This document shows positions 1 to 7,350 of a DNA stretch of 37,001 nucleotides, piece by piece; positions within the stretch are counted from its first letter, which is position 1; each line of letters opens with the position of its first letter. A program made the position numbers and the translations under genes. Below the pieces are notes generated by a model, which was given only the letters and a program-made list of their open reading frames with translations, was not told the DNA's origin and did not search any database. Origin of the DNA: a virus; IMG/VR virus record IMGVR_UViG_3300019476_000074, positions 1 to 37,001 of that record; one strand, 5' to 3'.

Positions 1-127
1 GAAATTGTAGGCTTTCAAAGTTATGATAATTGCTTGTTTTACGGCGTAAATGAAGTAAAAGCAGTAAGATTTATAGACGATGATAAGTTTTACTCTGTTG
101 GCGAGTTTGCCGATGAAGTATTTTTTA
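1..127. repeat. Terminal overlap, copy 1 (identical to 36875-37001)
   Basis: Read directly. Bases 1-127 (gaaattgtaggctttcaaag...gatgaagtatttttta) equal 36875-37001 base for base. An ORF starting at 36767 continues in frame across the junction to the stop at 151-153. This implies a circular 36,874-bp molecule written with a 127-nt overlap. Confidence 0.9.
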
Positions 128-153
128 ACTATGAAAATGAGTTTATAGATTAA
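1..153 (+). CDS. 3' part of a wrap-around hypothetical protein (86 aa, starts at 36767)
   Basis: Frame 1 is open from base 1 to TAA at 151-153. Joined to 36767-36874 it gives MKKFYDDGISEIKLQNDEIVNLGDNPSGIFMYNESGEIVGFQSYDNCLFYGVNEVKAVRFIDDDKFYSVGEFADEVFFNYENEFID. No family recognised. Confidence 0.6.
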   Translation, partial: EIVGFQSYDNCLFYGVNEVKAVRFIDDDKFYSVGEFADEVFFNYENEFID

Positions 154-155
154 AT

Positions 156-174
156 AGAGGGGTGTAGCCCCTCT
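156..174 (+). terminator. Stem-loop AGAGGGG-tgtag-CCCCTCT just after the stop codon
   Basis: A 7-bp GC-rich stem with a 5-nt loop lies 3 nt after the TAA. It is followed by tatt, a short U-tract, so it is a moderate intrinsic terminator. Confidence 0.5.
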
Positions 175-193
175 TATTAAGGGGTAGAAAATT

Positions 194-379
194 ATGAAAG
201 ATTTTAAAAAACTTTGGGATCAGGCAAAAGTGCAAGCAAAAGCTAGCAATGGTGATGTGTTTGAAATATATGCCCAGCTATCTGGAGCGCAAATAGTTTC
301 AAAATATAAAGATGAAATAGCAGAAAAATTAAAAAAGCTGGGTATAAATTTCATCTTGACGACAAATTTTTATACTTGA
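194..379 (+). CDS. Hypothetical small protein (61 aa)
   Basis: ATG is preceded by aagggg (SD-like) at about 8 nt. The ORF ends TGA at 377-379, overlapping the TTG of the next ORF. It contains the heptamer A_AAT_TTT at 364-370 in the zero frame (see findings). Confidence 0.6.
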   Translation: MKDFKKLWDQAKVQAKASNGDVFEIYAQLSGAQIVSKYKDEIAEKLKKLGINFILTTNFYT

Positions 380-927
380 ATACCCTTAGTGGCAAAAGTA
401 AAATAATCCCTATCTACAATCCAGAATATAGGCATATTTTTTCAGAGGCAGAGATAATCGTAGAGAATAAAAAAGGCTTTTGGAAAGAATTTATTTATAC
501 AAATTTTAAAAATGATGAAAACCTGCCAGCAGTAAAAAAACAATTTGATCACTGCGAAAGAGCAGATAAAATCAAACAAGAGCTAAAAGATTATTTTGGG
601 ATTATTGATATTTTTGAGAATGAAAATATTAAAAAAATTGAAAAAGAAATCATCGCAAAAAATATCTCAAAACTAAACCCTATGGAAGATAGCATACCTT
701 TTGGCGACAAGTATATCATTGCCTCTGAAATTTGGGACGGCGAAAATCTTGACGAGGCAGTATATATCACAAACAAGCCTATCTCTCGTGATGAAATACA
801 AACTTATGAGTGCCTCTATTTTTCTATATATGATTTTGCTGGGCTTGAAGATGGCGTAATTGAAGAAGAATATACTACTTGTTCGAATATCTTTGAGAAA
901 CTTACAAAATTTAACGAAAAAAAATAA
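376..927 (+). CDS. Hypothetical protein (183 aa if TTG start; possibly a -1 frameshift extension of 194-379)
   Basis: Long open frame with phage-like composition. There is no ATG near the 5' end and no SD before TTG 376, so the start mechanism is uncertain. Confidence 0.55.
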   Translation: MNTLSGKSKIIPIYNPEYRHIFSEAEIIVENKKGFWKEFIYTNFKNDENLPAVKKQFDHCERADKIKQELKDYFGIIDIFENENIKKIEKEIIAKNISKLNPMEDSIPFGDKYIIASEIWDGENLDEAVYITNKPISRDEIQTYECLYFSIYDFAGLEDGVIEEEYTTCSNIFEKLTKFNEKK

Positions 928-932
928 AAAAG

Positions 933-950
933 GTGGGGAATTCTCCCCAC
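933..950. terminator. Stem-loop GTGGGGA-attc-TCCCCAC
   Basis: A 7-bp stem lies 6 nt after the stop of 376-927. An A-tract lies upstream (aaaaaaaataaaaaag) and there is no T-tract downstream. It is therefore a canonical intrinsic terminator only for minus-strand transcripts. On the plus strand it is a hairpin without a U-tract. Confidence 0.45.
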
Positions 951-989
951 TAAAACCCTATAAGGGTAAAATAATAACACTGCCTTAAG

Positions 990-1178
990 TAAAATATGAA
1001 TTACAAATCCTACAAGGAAACACTTTAGAATACTTAAAACAATGTTTTTTCAATCTCCAACGGAGTAAAACCTATTTCTAGGACACGCATTGCATAAAAT
1101 ATGAATTTCAAACTCCAGCGGAGTAAATTCAAGGCGTGTTTTTATTCTCAAATTATGCATCCTACAAACTTAAAACAC
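990..1178 (+). repeat. Cluster of homologous 26-28-nt hairpin units (A 998-1023, B 1045-1072, C 1103-1130, partial D 1155-1178) in a 270-nt non-coding gap
   Basis: Unit sequences:
- C: gaatttcaaactccagcggagtaaattc
- B: ttttttcaatctccaacggagtaaaacc (20/28 identical to C)
- A: gaattacaaatcctacaaggaaacac
The stems are CTCC/GGAG in B and C but TCCT/AGGA in A. Units A and C are each preceded by an identical taaaatatgaatt (990-1002, 1095-1107) containing a TAAAAT -10-like box. Confidence 0.7.
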
Positions 1179-1198
1179 AATAAAGAAAGGAATAAATA

Positions 1199-1447
1199 AT
1201 GACTTACGGCGAAAAGATTGTAAGAGAAAAAGAAAAAATGCAAATGAAAAACGGCGTTTTTGTGATATGTGGGCGACTACCACCTCGTATGAGTTTTAAA
1301 AGAGCCGTGAAATACTACTGCGAAAAGTTAGACCGCTACTGGCTTAGCAAGATTGAGCTAAGCCCAACCTCTAAATTTTCAAAGCAAGAGGTGCTACAAA
1401 TATTAAAAGGCAAAAATCTAAACGGAGTGAGCGATGACAACGGCTGA
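1199..1447 (+). CDS. Hypothetical protein (82 aa)
   Basis: ATG with aaagaaagga SD-like sequence upstream. Overlaps the next ORF by 14 nt. Confidence 0.6.
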   Translation: MTYGEKIVREKEKMQMKNGVFVICGRLPPRMSFKRAVKYYCEKLDRYWLSKIELSPTSKFSKQEVLQILKGKNLNGVSDDNG

Positions 1448-1883
1448 ACTAAAAGACGCCGCTATTTTTGTGATGGCGTATTCGTTTCTAAAAATGGACA
1501 GCACCGAGAAGCTAGGGCTATTTATTAATAAAAAAGCGAGCAAATTTATCGACGAGCTGATCGAGGCGATGACGCCGATAGTCGGACACTATCACGCCTT
1601 TAAAAGGCGGATAGAAACTCAGATAAATGCTTTGGATAACAAGGCATGCATTGCCAAAAAGAGCTTTAGCACGACAGCTCCACAGCTAGCGTGCGATCTG
1701 CTTTATTTGCGTTTAGCACCAAACGAACGCAAAGGGCAAAGATTAGCGCCGATACTAGCTGATTTTTACGCGATGAATAAAGACAAGATAGCGTATATCT
1801 CAAACAAAAGTTGCGATACAAAATATCGCAAAGAGGCAGAGGATAGCCAAACGCTGGCTTATTTTTACATTGAGAATATTTGA
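1434..1883 (+). CDS. Hypothetical protein (149 aa)
   Basis: ATG preceded by ggag. Part of a tightly packed same-strand gene train. Confidence 0.6.
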   Translation: MTTAELKDAAIFVMAYSFLKMDSTEKLGLFINKKASKFIDELIEAMTPIVGHYHAFKRRIETQINALDNKACIAKKSFSTTAPQLACDLLYLRLAPNERKGQRLAPILADFYAMNKDKIAYISNKSCDTKYRKEAEDSQTLAYFYIENI

Positions 1884-1893
1884 AAGGACAACA

Positions 1894-2154
1894 ATGAAAT
1901 ATTTTTTAAGAGAAATTTACTATGCATTGGCGAATTTAGACAAAAGCTCACCGCTAATAATATTTGCCATAACAATACTTTGCATCATGGGTAGTTTAAC
2001 ATTTATATTTACCACATTTTTCTACCTCACTGACGGGATTATCCTTTGGCGAGGAGTGCATGTAATAGCGCTGTCTTTGTTGTTGGCAATGGCAATACTA
2101 TTTATTGATGCATATATTAGGGAAAATGTAGAGCGTAAAAACACTAAAAATTAA
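1894..2154 (+). CDS. Small membrane protein (about 86 aa, two predicted TM helices)
   Basis: The track ORF starts at TTG 1870. ATG 1894 has aaagga 7-8 nt upstream, so I prefer it. Hydrophobic stretches: SPLIIFAITILCIMGSLTFIFTTFFYL and VHVIALSLLLAMAILFI. Confidence 0.55.
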   Translation: MKYFLREIYYALANLDKSSPLIIFAITILCIMGSLTFIFTTFFYLTDGIILWRGVHVIALSLLLAMAILFIDAYIRENVERKNTKN

Positions 2155-2164
2155 GGGAGAGATA

Positions 2165-2653
2165 ATGAAAAAGATAACACTAGAAGAAAAGATAAAACTT
2201 ATCACAGCTTATGCAGAGGGTAAAATCGTAGATGCCTACGATACCTTTTTTCAACGCTGGTTTGCAAAAGGCACGGATACTTGGGATTTTGATAGAGAGG
2301 AATACAGAATAAAGCCTAGCGAAGATACTAAGTTTAAAGTAGGAGATATTCTTGTTTTTATAGGGGATGTAAATACACCACACGTCACTACCTATGAGAT
2401 TATAGAGATAGAGCAAGGGTATTACAGGTTTAGCGATGAAAGCCTGCGTCCCATAGAAGAAGTAGAGAAAGAATTTATCAATGAACGAGATGTCTTGTGG
2501 TGTTTTAATATTTACGATTACATCTTTAAAAGATACTCTATATGCCTATTTAGAAAGACTATACCTGAGATGGACGAAGAGTTTGGAACTAATCACTATA
2601 CGCTTAGTTGGCAGCCTATGTATAGCTTAGGATTTAAATTAAAGGAGGACTAA
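2165..2653 (+). CDS. Hypothetical protein (162 aa)
   Basis: ATG preceded by aagggagag. TAATG overlap with the next gene. Confidence 0.6.
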   Translation: MKKITLEEKIKLITAYAEGKIVDAYDTFFQRWFAKGTDTWDFDREEYRIKPSEDTKFKVGDILVFIGDVNTPHVTTYEIIEIEQGYYRFSDESLRPIEEVEKEFINERDVLWCFNIYDYIFKRYSICLFRKTIPEMDEEFGTNHYTLSWQPMYSLGFKLKED

Positions 2654-3054
2654 TGAGAAACATTAAGTATAAAGCATACATCAAAGACTATCATAAGATA
2701 GTTGATGTAGAAATACTAGAACTACTACCTAACGGAGAAGTTCAGAGTATCGTAATAAAAGATGATGAACTGAATGAAGAAGTCTATAGAGTTACTAAAG
2801 GGCGATTCGAATTAATGGAGTTTACTGGCTTCTTAGATAGCAATAAGAATGAAGTATACACTGAACACATAATAAAGTGCGGCATAAAGCGTAATGTCAG
2901 GGTTATACAAGGATTTATTGCAAGAGTAGTCTGGGATAAGGTATATGCCACTTATGGCGTAGAGCACCCTAATGAAGGTTTCTTTCCGTTGTGGAATATT
3001 GACGGATATGAGATCATAGGCAACATTTACGAAAATAAGGAGCTATTTAGATGA
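2653..3054 (+). CDS. YopX-family phage protein
   Basis: The C-terminal signature GYEIIGNIYENKELF matches the GNIYENPELL motif typical of the YopX family. Size is about 130 aa. Confidence 0.7.
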   Translation: MRNIKYKAYIKDYHKIVDVEILELLPNGEVQSIVIKDDELNEEVYRVTKGRFELMEFTGFLDSNKNEVYTEHIIKCGIKRNVRVIQGFIARVVWDKVYATYGVEHPNEGFFPLWNIDGYEIIGNIYENKELFR

Positions 3055-3233
3055 GTAGTCCAGAAAGAGAAAAACATTTAGCAGCCCTTGCAAACCTAGA
3101 GGCATTTTGTGAGGCACACAATGAAAAAATAAATTTAGTCGAGCAAATACAAGCTCTTTTATTTAAATGCGACGTCCGCTATTTACGGCACGCATTGCGA
3201 GATTTGAAAGACTATATTAAGGAGAGGAAATGA
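3051..3233 (+). CDS. Hypothetical small protein (60 aa)
   Basis: ATGA start/stop coupling at both ends. Confidence 0.5.
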   Translation: MSSPEREKHLAALANLEAFCEAHNEKINLVEQIQALLFKCDVRYLRHALRDLKDYIKERK

Positions 3234-3415
3234 GCGATACATTTATTACGCGCGATGAAGCCCTAAAACAGCTAGGGCTAACGTCGCCTATCAGCTTAAG
3301 ACGCCTTGTGCTAGCTGGCAAGATCACGGCGAGTAAGATAAACTCAAAAATAATTTATTATTCTCAAAACTCAATATCCGCCTACAAATCAGGCAAAACC
3401 GCCCAAGCTATCTAA
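3230..3415 (+). CDS. Excisionase/AlpA-like HTH protein (Xis candidate)
   Basis: The segment ITRDEALKQLGLTSPISLRRLVLAGKITASKI resembles excisionase-family (MerR-type) HTH proteins. The gene converges on, and overlaps by 27 nt, the 3' end of the integrase gene. Confidence 0.55.
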   Translation: MSDTFITRDEALKQLGLTSPISLRRLVLAGKITASKINSKIIYYSQNSISAYKSGKTAQAI

Positions 3416-4579
3416 ATAATCACTCCACCACTGCATAAGCTTAGCTCTTGCTTTTAGATTTTTGGCGTGGTTGTACGCGTCTTTAACCTTGTTACTCTCA
3501 ACGTGTGCGAGGCAAAGCTCGATAACATCACTATTGCAGCCGTGCTTATCTATGTTTTCGTTTGCAATCGTGCTAAATGTAGCCCTAAAGCCGTGTGGTG
3601 TTACCATATCGTTATTAAAGCCTAGGTTTCTAAGCATTGAACGGATGGTATTATCACTAATTGGGCGCACATTTGATTTTACGGACGGAAAAATTAACTC
3701 ACTTTTTAAAGGCAGGCGCTCACGATATGTTTTTAGCAAATTTATAACACTTTTTGACAAAAACACTTCGTGAGGCTTTGCCGTTTTCATCTCGTCTGCT
3801 GGGATATGCCAAAGACAATTTTCAAAATCTATCTGCGACCACTTAGCATTTCTAGCGTTTTGCCCTCTTACTGCGGTATATAGTTGAAATATCGCACACG
3901 TTTTTACTCTTATATCTCCAAAGTACTCTCTTATCGCCATTAATACGGCTCTTATTTCATCATCGTTTTTTAAGTATGCAAAATGTTTTACATCTTTTTT
4001 GCCGATTAGCGCACTTTTATCAATATCCGAGACAATGTTATGTTCTACATATTCGTGCAAAAGAGCAAATTTATAGAAGCTATTTAGTGTCCCTAGTGTT
4101 TTTCGTATCGTTTCTTGCTTGTCATCGCCAAGAAGTGGTGCAAGGGCGGCAATAATATCCTTTCTAGTGATCTCTTTTATCCCCATCTCTCCAAATTTTG
4201 GCAAAAATAATGTTTCAAACCGCCTTTTTATCCAAAACTGCTGTTTCTCACTCAACTTCCCTTTTGTTTTATACCACGCTTCAAAAACTGCTTTAAATTT
4301 TGTTTTTTCTGCTGTTTGAGTTAGGCTCTTGCCTTGATTGAGTTTTGATCTTAATTCGTTTCTTTTATCTCTTGCATCGCTTAGGCTCATTTCATCATAC
4401 TTGCCCAGCGTTAAGCGGTGACGCTTGCCATTTTCTCGAAACTCATATATAAAAAACTTCGTGCCGTTTGGCATTATCTTGATTAATAGATTGTCACCGT
4501 CGCTGACAAAATATAGCTTCTCTTTTGCTTTTAGATTTTTAAACTGCGTGATCGTTAGTTGGCGTGAAAGCTTAGGCAT
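3389..4579 (-). CDS. int: Tyrosine integrase, P4-like (site-specific recombinase)
   Basis: At 396 aa, it has an N-terminal arm-binding-type region (LSDARDKRNELRSKLNQGKS). The C-terminal catalytic motifs are AVRGQNARNAKW (Arg), HGFRATFST (HxxR) and LAHVESNKVKDAYNH (His...Tyr). It lies next to attP. Confidence 0.9.
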   Translation of the reverse strand: MPKLSRQLTITQFKNLKAKEKLYFVSDGDNLLIKIMPNGTKFFIYEFRENGKRHRLTLGKYDEMSLSDARDKRNELRSKLNQGKSLTQTAEKTKFKAVFEAWYKTKGKLSEKQQFWIKRRFETLFLPKFGEMGIKEITRKDIIAALAPLLGDDKQETIRKTLGTLNSFYKFALLHEYVEHNIVSDIDKSALIGKKDVKHFAYLKNDDEIRAVLMAIREYFGDIRVKTCAIFQLYTAVRGQNARNAKWSQIDFENCLWHIPADEMKTAKPHEVFLSKSVINLLKTYRERLPLKSELIFPSVKSNVRPISDNTIRSMLRNLGFNNDMVTPHGFRATFSTIANENIDKHGCNSDVIELCLAHVESNKVKDAYNHAKNLKARAKLMQWWSDYLDSLGGFA

Positions 4580-4583
4580 TTTA

Positions 4584-4603
4584 GCTGTCCTTTTGGCTGA
4601 CTA
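4584..4603. repeat. Left arm of a perfect 20-bp inverted repeat (gctgtccttttggctgacta); partner at 4855-4874
   Basis: The reverse complement of 4855-4874 (tagtcagccaaaaggacagc) is identical. The left copy forms the int 5' leader and SD region. Confidence 0.85.
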
Positions 4604-4789
4604 TTGTTATATTTTTAGCTACTTTTTTGGAGGCGATCAGCTAAAAGTCAGCTAAAAAGTTGTGATAATAATAGTTTGCTATTGTTTATAATTGTTTGTA
4701 ATTTTATGTATAAAGGCTTTAAAATAACGTTAAAATCGTGGCTCAATGTTTGCAAAAGTTGGTAAAAGTTTGTGATTGTTTATAACTAG

Positions 4790-4810
4790 TGGCGGACAGA
4801 GAGGGATTTA
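4790..4810 (-). other. tRNA 3'-end mimic (probable attP core)
   Basis: The minus strand reads AAATCCCTCTCTGTCCGCCA: the 3' part of a T-loop, a T-stem strand, a 7-nt acceptor strand, discriminator G and CCA. No matching 5' acceptor strand (GGACAGA) or T-stem lies upstream, so this is a fragment, not a tRNA gene. Discriminator G hints at tRNA-Ser, which is weak evidence. Confidence 0.6.
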
Positions 4811-4854
4811 AAAAATCAACTCTTGCTACGTAATAGACGCAATTTTAAAAATAT

Positions 4855-4874
4855 TAGTCAGCCAAAAGGACAGC
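4855..4874. repeat. Right arm of the perfect 20-bp inverted repeat
   Basis: tagtcagccaaaaggacagc is the reverse complement of 4584-4603. Confidence 0.85.
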
Positions 4875-4927
4875 AAAAAAGATATTTTGTTAAAAATTTG
4901 GTGTGTTTTTAAAGAATTATACCATTT

Positions 4928-6703
4928 TTATTTTCGTCCGTTTTTGTTGGCTTGTCTTTCTCTTGATTTTTGCCCTCTGCTTTTTTTGCCAAGCCCAGTT
5001 CTTTCACTAGAGTGTGTCCTTCTTCCACTACTATCTCGATTTAACCGCCCATTACTTGTTGTATATCCAAAGCCAGTGCTGTGATCATTCCATCCTCTAG
5101 TTTTTTGCCCATAACTATCTCTTTGTGAATTCCTTTCTGCTTCAGCTTTTTTTGCTGCTTTTTGTTTTTCGATAGCCGTTTTTGCGGCAGCAAGGGCAGC
5201 AGCTACTTTTGAAGCAAGCCCATAGTCTATTTTAGCCCCACCAAAGCCAACCAAGCCCATTGCCTCTACCATATTGCCTGCTGGAGTATTTGAAAAACTA
5301 AAATTTCCGTTTTTATCAACCGACACTCCAAGCCCATTGCCGCCATTTCTCATTATTGATGCAAGTTTTGTGGCAGTGTTTGCCCACTCATTTGAGCCAG
5401 TATATGTGTTTTCTCTAGCTGTTGTGCTGGCGTTAGTGTGATCACTTTCTGACGCTCCAGCTGGCGCAATATTAAAGGCATTCAAATCAAAAGCTACTAC
5501 TTTATCAAGCAATGATTTTGTTATTTGCTGCGTCGCACTAAATGCCACATCTGATAGCGTTGTATCAAAACCTGCATTTTGTAGTGATGTGCGAGTGTTT
5601 ATCTCGTAGTTTAGCCTGCCTAGACTATCCATGCGCATATTTGTCATTAGCGAGCTTTGCGACCTTATGCCCTCTAGTTTATTGCGTGCAAAATTTTGCA
5701 TTGCTGCTCTTGCTGGATCAAGGCTAGTTAGTGTTTTTGTGCCAGGTCTGTCATGTAGTGCATCATCAAAGGTTTGCTTCATTTTGTATCCGTATAATTG
5801 TTTGCCAACTCTCACGCCAGTTACGCTGCCGTTGTAGTCAGTTTGTCCTATCACTGCATCAGGTATGCCAAACCAACCGCTAAACGTATCTTGCATAAAC
5901 TCACCAAAACTCATAGGGCGATCATAAAATGCTGTATTGCCTACTACTGCATTAAGATCACCACCAAAACCAAAACTATTATCAAGCCCTACCGCCATCT
6001 CAAAAACTTCTGTTACAAGGGCGTTGATTAGCCCAGCTATCGGAGCTATACCAAGCGGGGATATGGTCGTGCCAAGTGCTGAAAGTGTGTTCTGGATAGC
6101 AACTGAGGTTAGCGTACTTTTCATATTTTGGTACATCGCCTCGGCTACATTCATCGCGTTGAAGCGTCCATTCACAATGCCATCATATAGCATGCCAGCC
6201 AAAGCTTGACCTACTACACCACCATACATTCTGCCAACGTCCTCAGCTAGATTTTCGGCATAGCTGTCGTTTCTTAGCTCACTTACGAATTCTTTTAGGC
6301 TTGCGTAGTCGCCTCTTTGCAAACTAGCAAAGCCGTTGCCGTCTATCCTGCCAAAGCGGTTATCCCTATTTGAGCTTTTAGGAGTAGAAAATTTTATTTT
6401 TGTTACCGCTTCCACGCTATCAATAAGTAAATTTATGCTCGTATCATAATCAGGCTGGTTTATAGCGACTATCATCGGCATTAGCACGTATTCGGCAAAA
6501 TCCTCATTTAGCCCAACTATGGCGCCACTTAAGTTGCCAGCTTGTGCGATAAAAAAGCTCCTTAGATCAGGCGAAGGTGTGTTAAAAGCAGAGTAGCCAA
6601 GACTGCCTGCTTGATAAAAATCAAACTGGCCGCCAGCCATAAACTCATAGTCGTCGCCAGTGTCCGAGTTTGTTAAATTTAATATATCACTTAAGCCGAT
6701 CAT
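4928..6703 (-). CDS. Large late protein (591 aa) with an extremely basic, low-complexity C-terminal tail; probable virion protein
   Basis: It is the last gene of the late train and overlaps the upstream ORF by 4 nt. The C-terminal ~75 aa are rich in R/K/S/G (…RDSSGRRTHSSERTGLGKKSRGQKSRERQANKNGRK). No family recognised. Confidence 0.65.
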   Translation of the reverse strand: MIGLSDILNLTNSDTGDDYEFMAGGQFDFYQAGSLGYSAFNTPSPDLRSFFIAQAGNLSGAIVGLNEDFAEYVLMPMIVAINQPDYDTSINLLIDSVEAVTKIKFSTPKSSNRDNRFGRIDGNGFASLQRGDYASLKEFVSELRNDSYAENLAEDVGRMYGGVVGQALAGMLYDGIVNGRFNAMNVAEAMYQNMKSTLTSVAIQNTLSALGTTISPLGIAPIAGLINALVTEVFEMAVGLDNSFGFGGDLNAVVGNTAFYDRPMSFGEFMQDTFSGWFGIPDAVIGQTDYNGSVTGVRVGKQLYGYKMKQTFDDALHDRPGTKTLTSLDPARAAMQNFARNKLEGIRSQSSLMTNMRMDSLGRLNYEINTRTSLQNAGFDTTLSDVAFSATQQITKSLLDKVVAFDLNAFNIAPAGASESDHTNASTTARENTYTGSNEWANTATKLASIMRNGGNGLGVSVDKNGNFSFSNTPAGNMVEAMGLVGFGGAKIDYGLASKVAAALAAAKTAIEKQKAAKKAEAERNSQRDSYGQKTRGWNDHSTGFGYTTSNGRLNRDSSGRRTHSSERTGLGKKSRGQKSRERQANKNGRK

Positions 6704-7350
6704 TTCTTTGTCATCGTGAAGTTTTTATTTTCATCGATCGTTATATCGTTTTTAATTAGCGCATGCACCATATTAAACAAATACTTTGTCATATCAGACG
6801 GCACTATCATACCACCAGCTTGATTTTCTGCGATAAAGTTTCCAAGCACTGACATTGATTTGATTATTCTATTGTCGATCACTTGCCTATCTACTGCACG
6901 TTGTTGGCTCTCTGCTAGCGCTTGCTCTTTTGCTAGTTTTGCTATTTGAGCTCGTAAGAGATTGTTTTGCTCTTTTAAATTTTCTAGTTTATCTGCCGCT
7001 TGAGCCTCTAGCTCATCATTTTTTAGTTTAGTATTTCTTGTTTGCTCTTTTATGCCCTCAATGTTTGCATCCATTGCGGCTGCTTGCTTTTCAAGGTTTT
7101 TTAGTGATAACTCAAAGCTTAGGTCTTGTTGTGTTAGCTCAAGCCCAGTTTGCATTGCTGTAATGGTAAATTGTGTTGTGATTAGTGGTAGCATTTGAGA
7201 AAGCACGTTTATTCTGTGCTGGTTTGGTATTTCGTATTTCTCAAAACAATCATCAAGATACTTTAGTGTTTCTTGATATGGTGTGTCCGCTCCGATGCTT
7301 AGTTTTAATAGCTCTCTCGTTCTTTCTAAATATGCGTTTTTAAAGTCCAT
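6700..7350 (-). CDS. Coiled-coil late protein (216 aa)
   Basis: The central region is heptad-rich (LKNLEKQAAAMDANIEGIKEQ…LRAQIAKLAKEQALAESQQ). Coupled to its neighbours. Confidence 0.6.
   Translation of the reverse strand: MDFKNAYLERTRELLKLSIGADTPYQETLKYLDDCFEKYEIPNQHRINVLSQMLPLITTQFTITAMQTGLELTQQDLSFELSLKNLEKQAAAMDANIEGIKEQTRNTKLKNDELEAQAADKLENLKEQNNLLRAQIAKLAKEQALAESQQRAVDRQVIDNRIIKSMSVLGNFIAENQAGGMIVPSDMTKYLFNMVHALIKNDITIDENKNFTMTKK

Larger units (their letters stand above)
4580..4927. mobile_element. attP region (non-coding, repeat-rich, between int and the last late gene)
   Basis: This 348-nt gap contains:
- a tRNA 3'-end mimic
- a perfect 20-bp inverted repeat
- TTTTAGCT/AGCTAAAA motifs at about 4579, 4613, 4640 and 4651
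- AAAGTT(T)GTGAT repeats at 4655 and 4765
- ATTGTTTATAA at 4681 and 4775. Confidence 0.7.

Noticed and set aside
1-127. The 127-nt end repeat as attL/attR, LTR or biological direct terminal repeat
   Set aside because: An ORF runs uninterrupted through the junction. The true attachment site, with a tRNA-like core and int, is at 4.6-4.9 kb. No host DNA flanks the element. Exactly 127 nt fits an assembler k-mer overlap.
990-1178. Bona fide CRISPR array
   Set aside because: There are only three full units. Unit-to-unit spacing is irregular (47 and 58 nt), the units are only about 70% identical, and the genome has no cas genes. I kept it as a repeat/sRNA candidate rather than calling a CRISPR.
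4790-4870. Complete tRNA gene on the minus strand
   Set aside because: Only the 3' ~20 nt (part of the T-loop, T-stem strand, acceptor strand, CCA) are present. No complementary 5' acceptor strand (GGACAGA) or T-stem partner (GAGGG) lies upstream. It is an attP core fragment.
4887-5084. 65-aa plus-strand ORF next to the right arm of the inverted repeat
   Set aside because: It has a TTG start and no SD, it almost entirely overlaps the 3' end of the 591-aa minus-strand gene, and its composition is hydrophobic and antisense-like.
5542-6209. Several 60-90-aa plus-strand ORFs
   Set aside because: All are antisense within the 591-aa late gene. The same reasoning applies to the short antisense ORFs inside the 1018-aa, 380-aa, tail-fibre, portal, terL, integrase and exonuclease genes.
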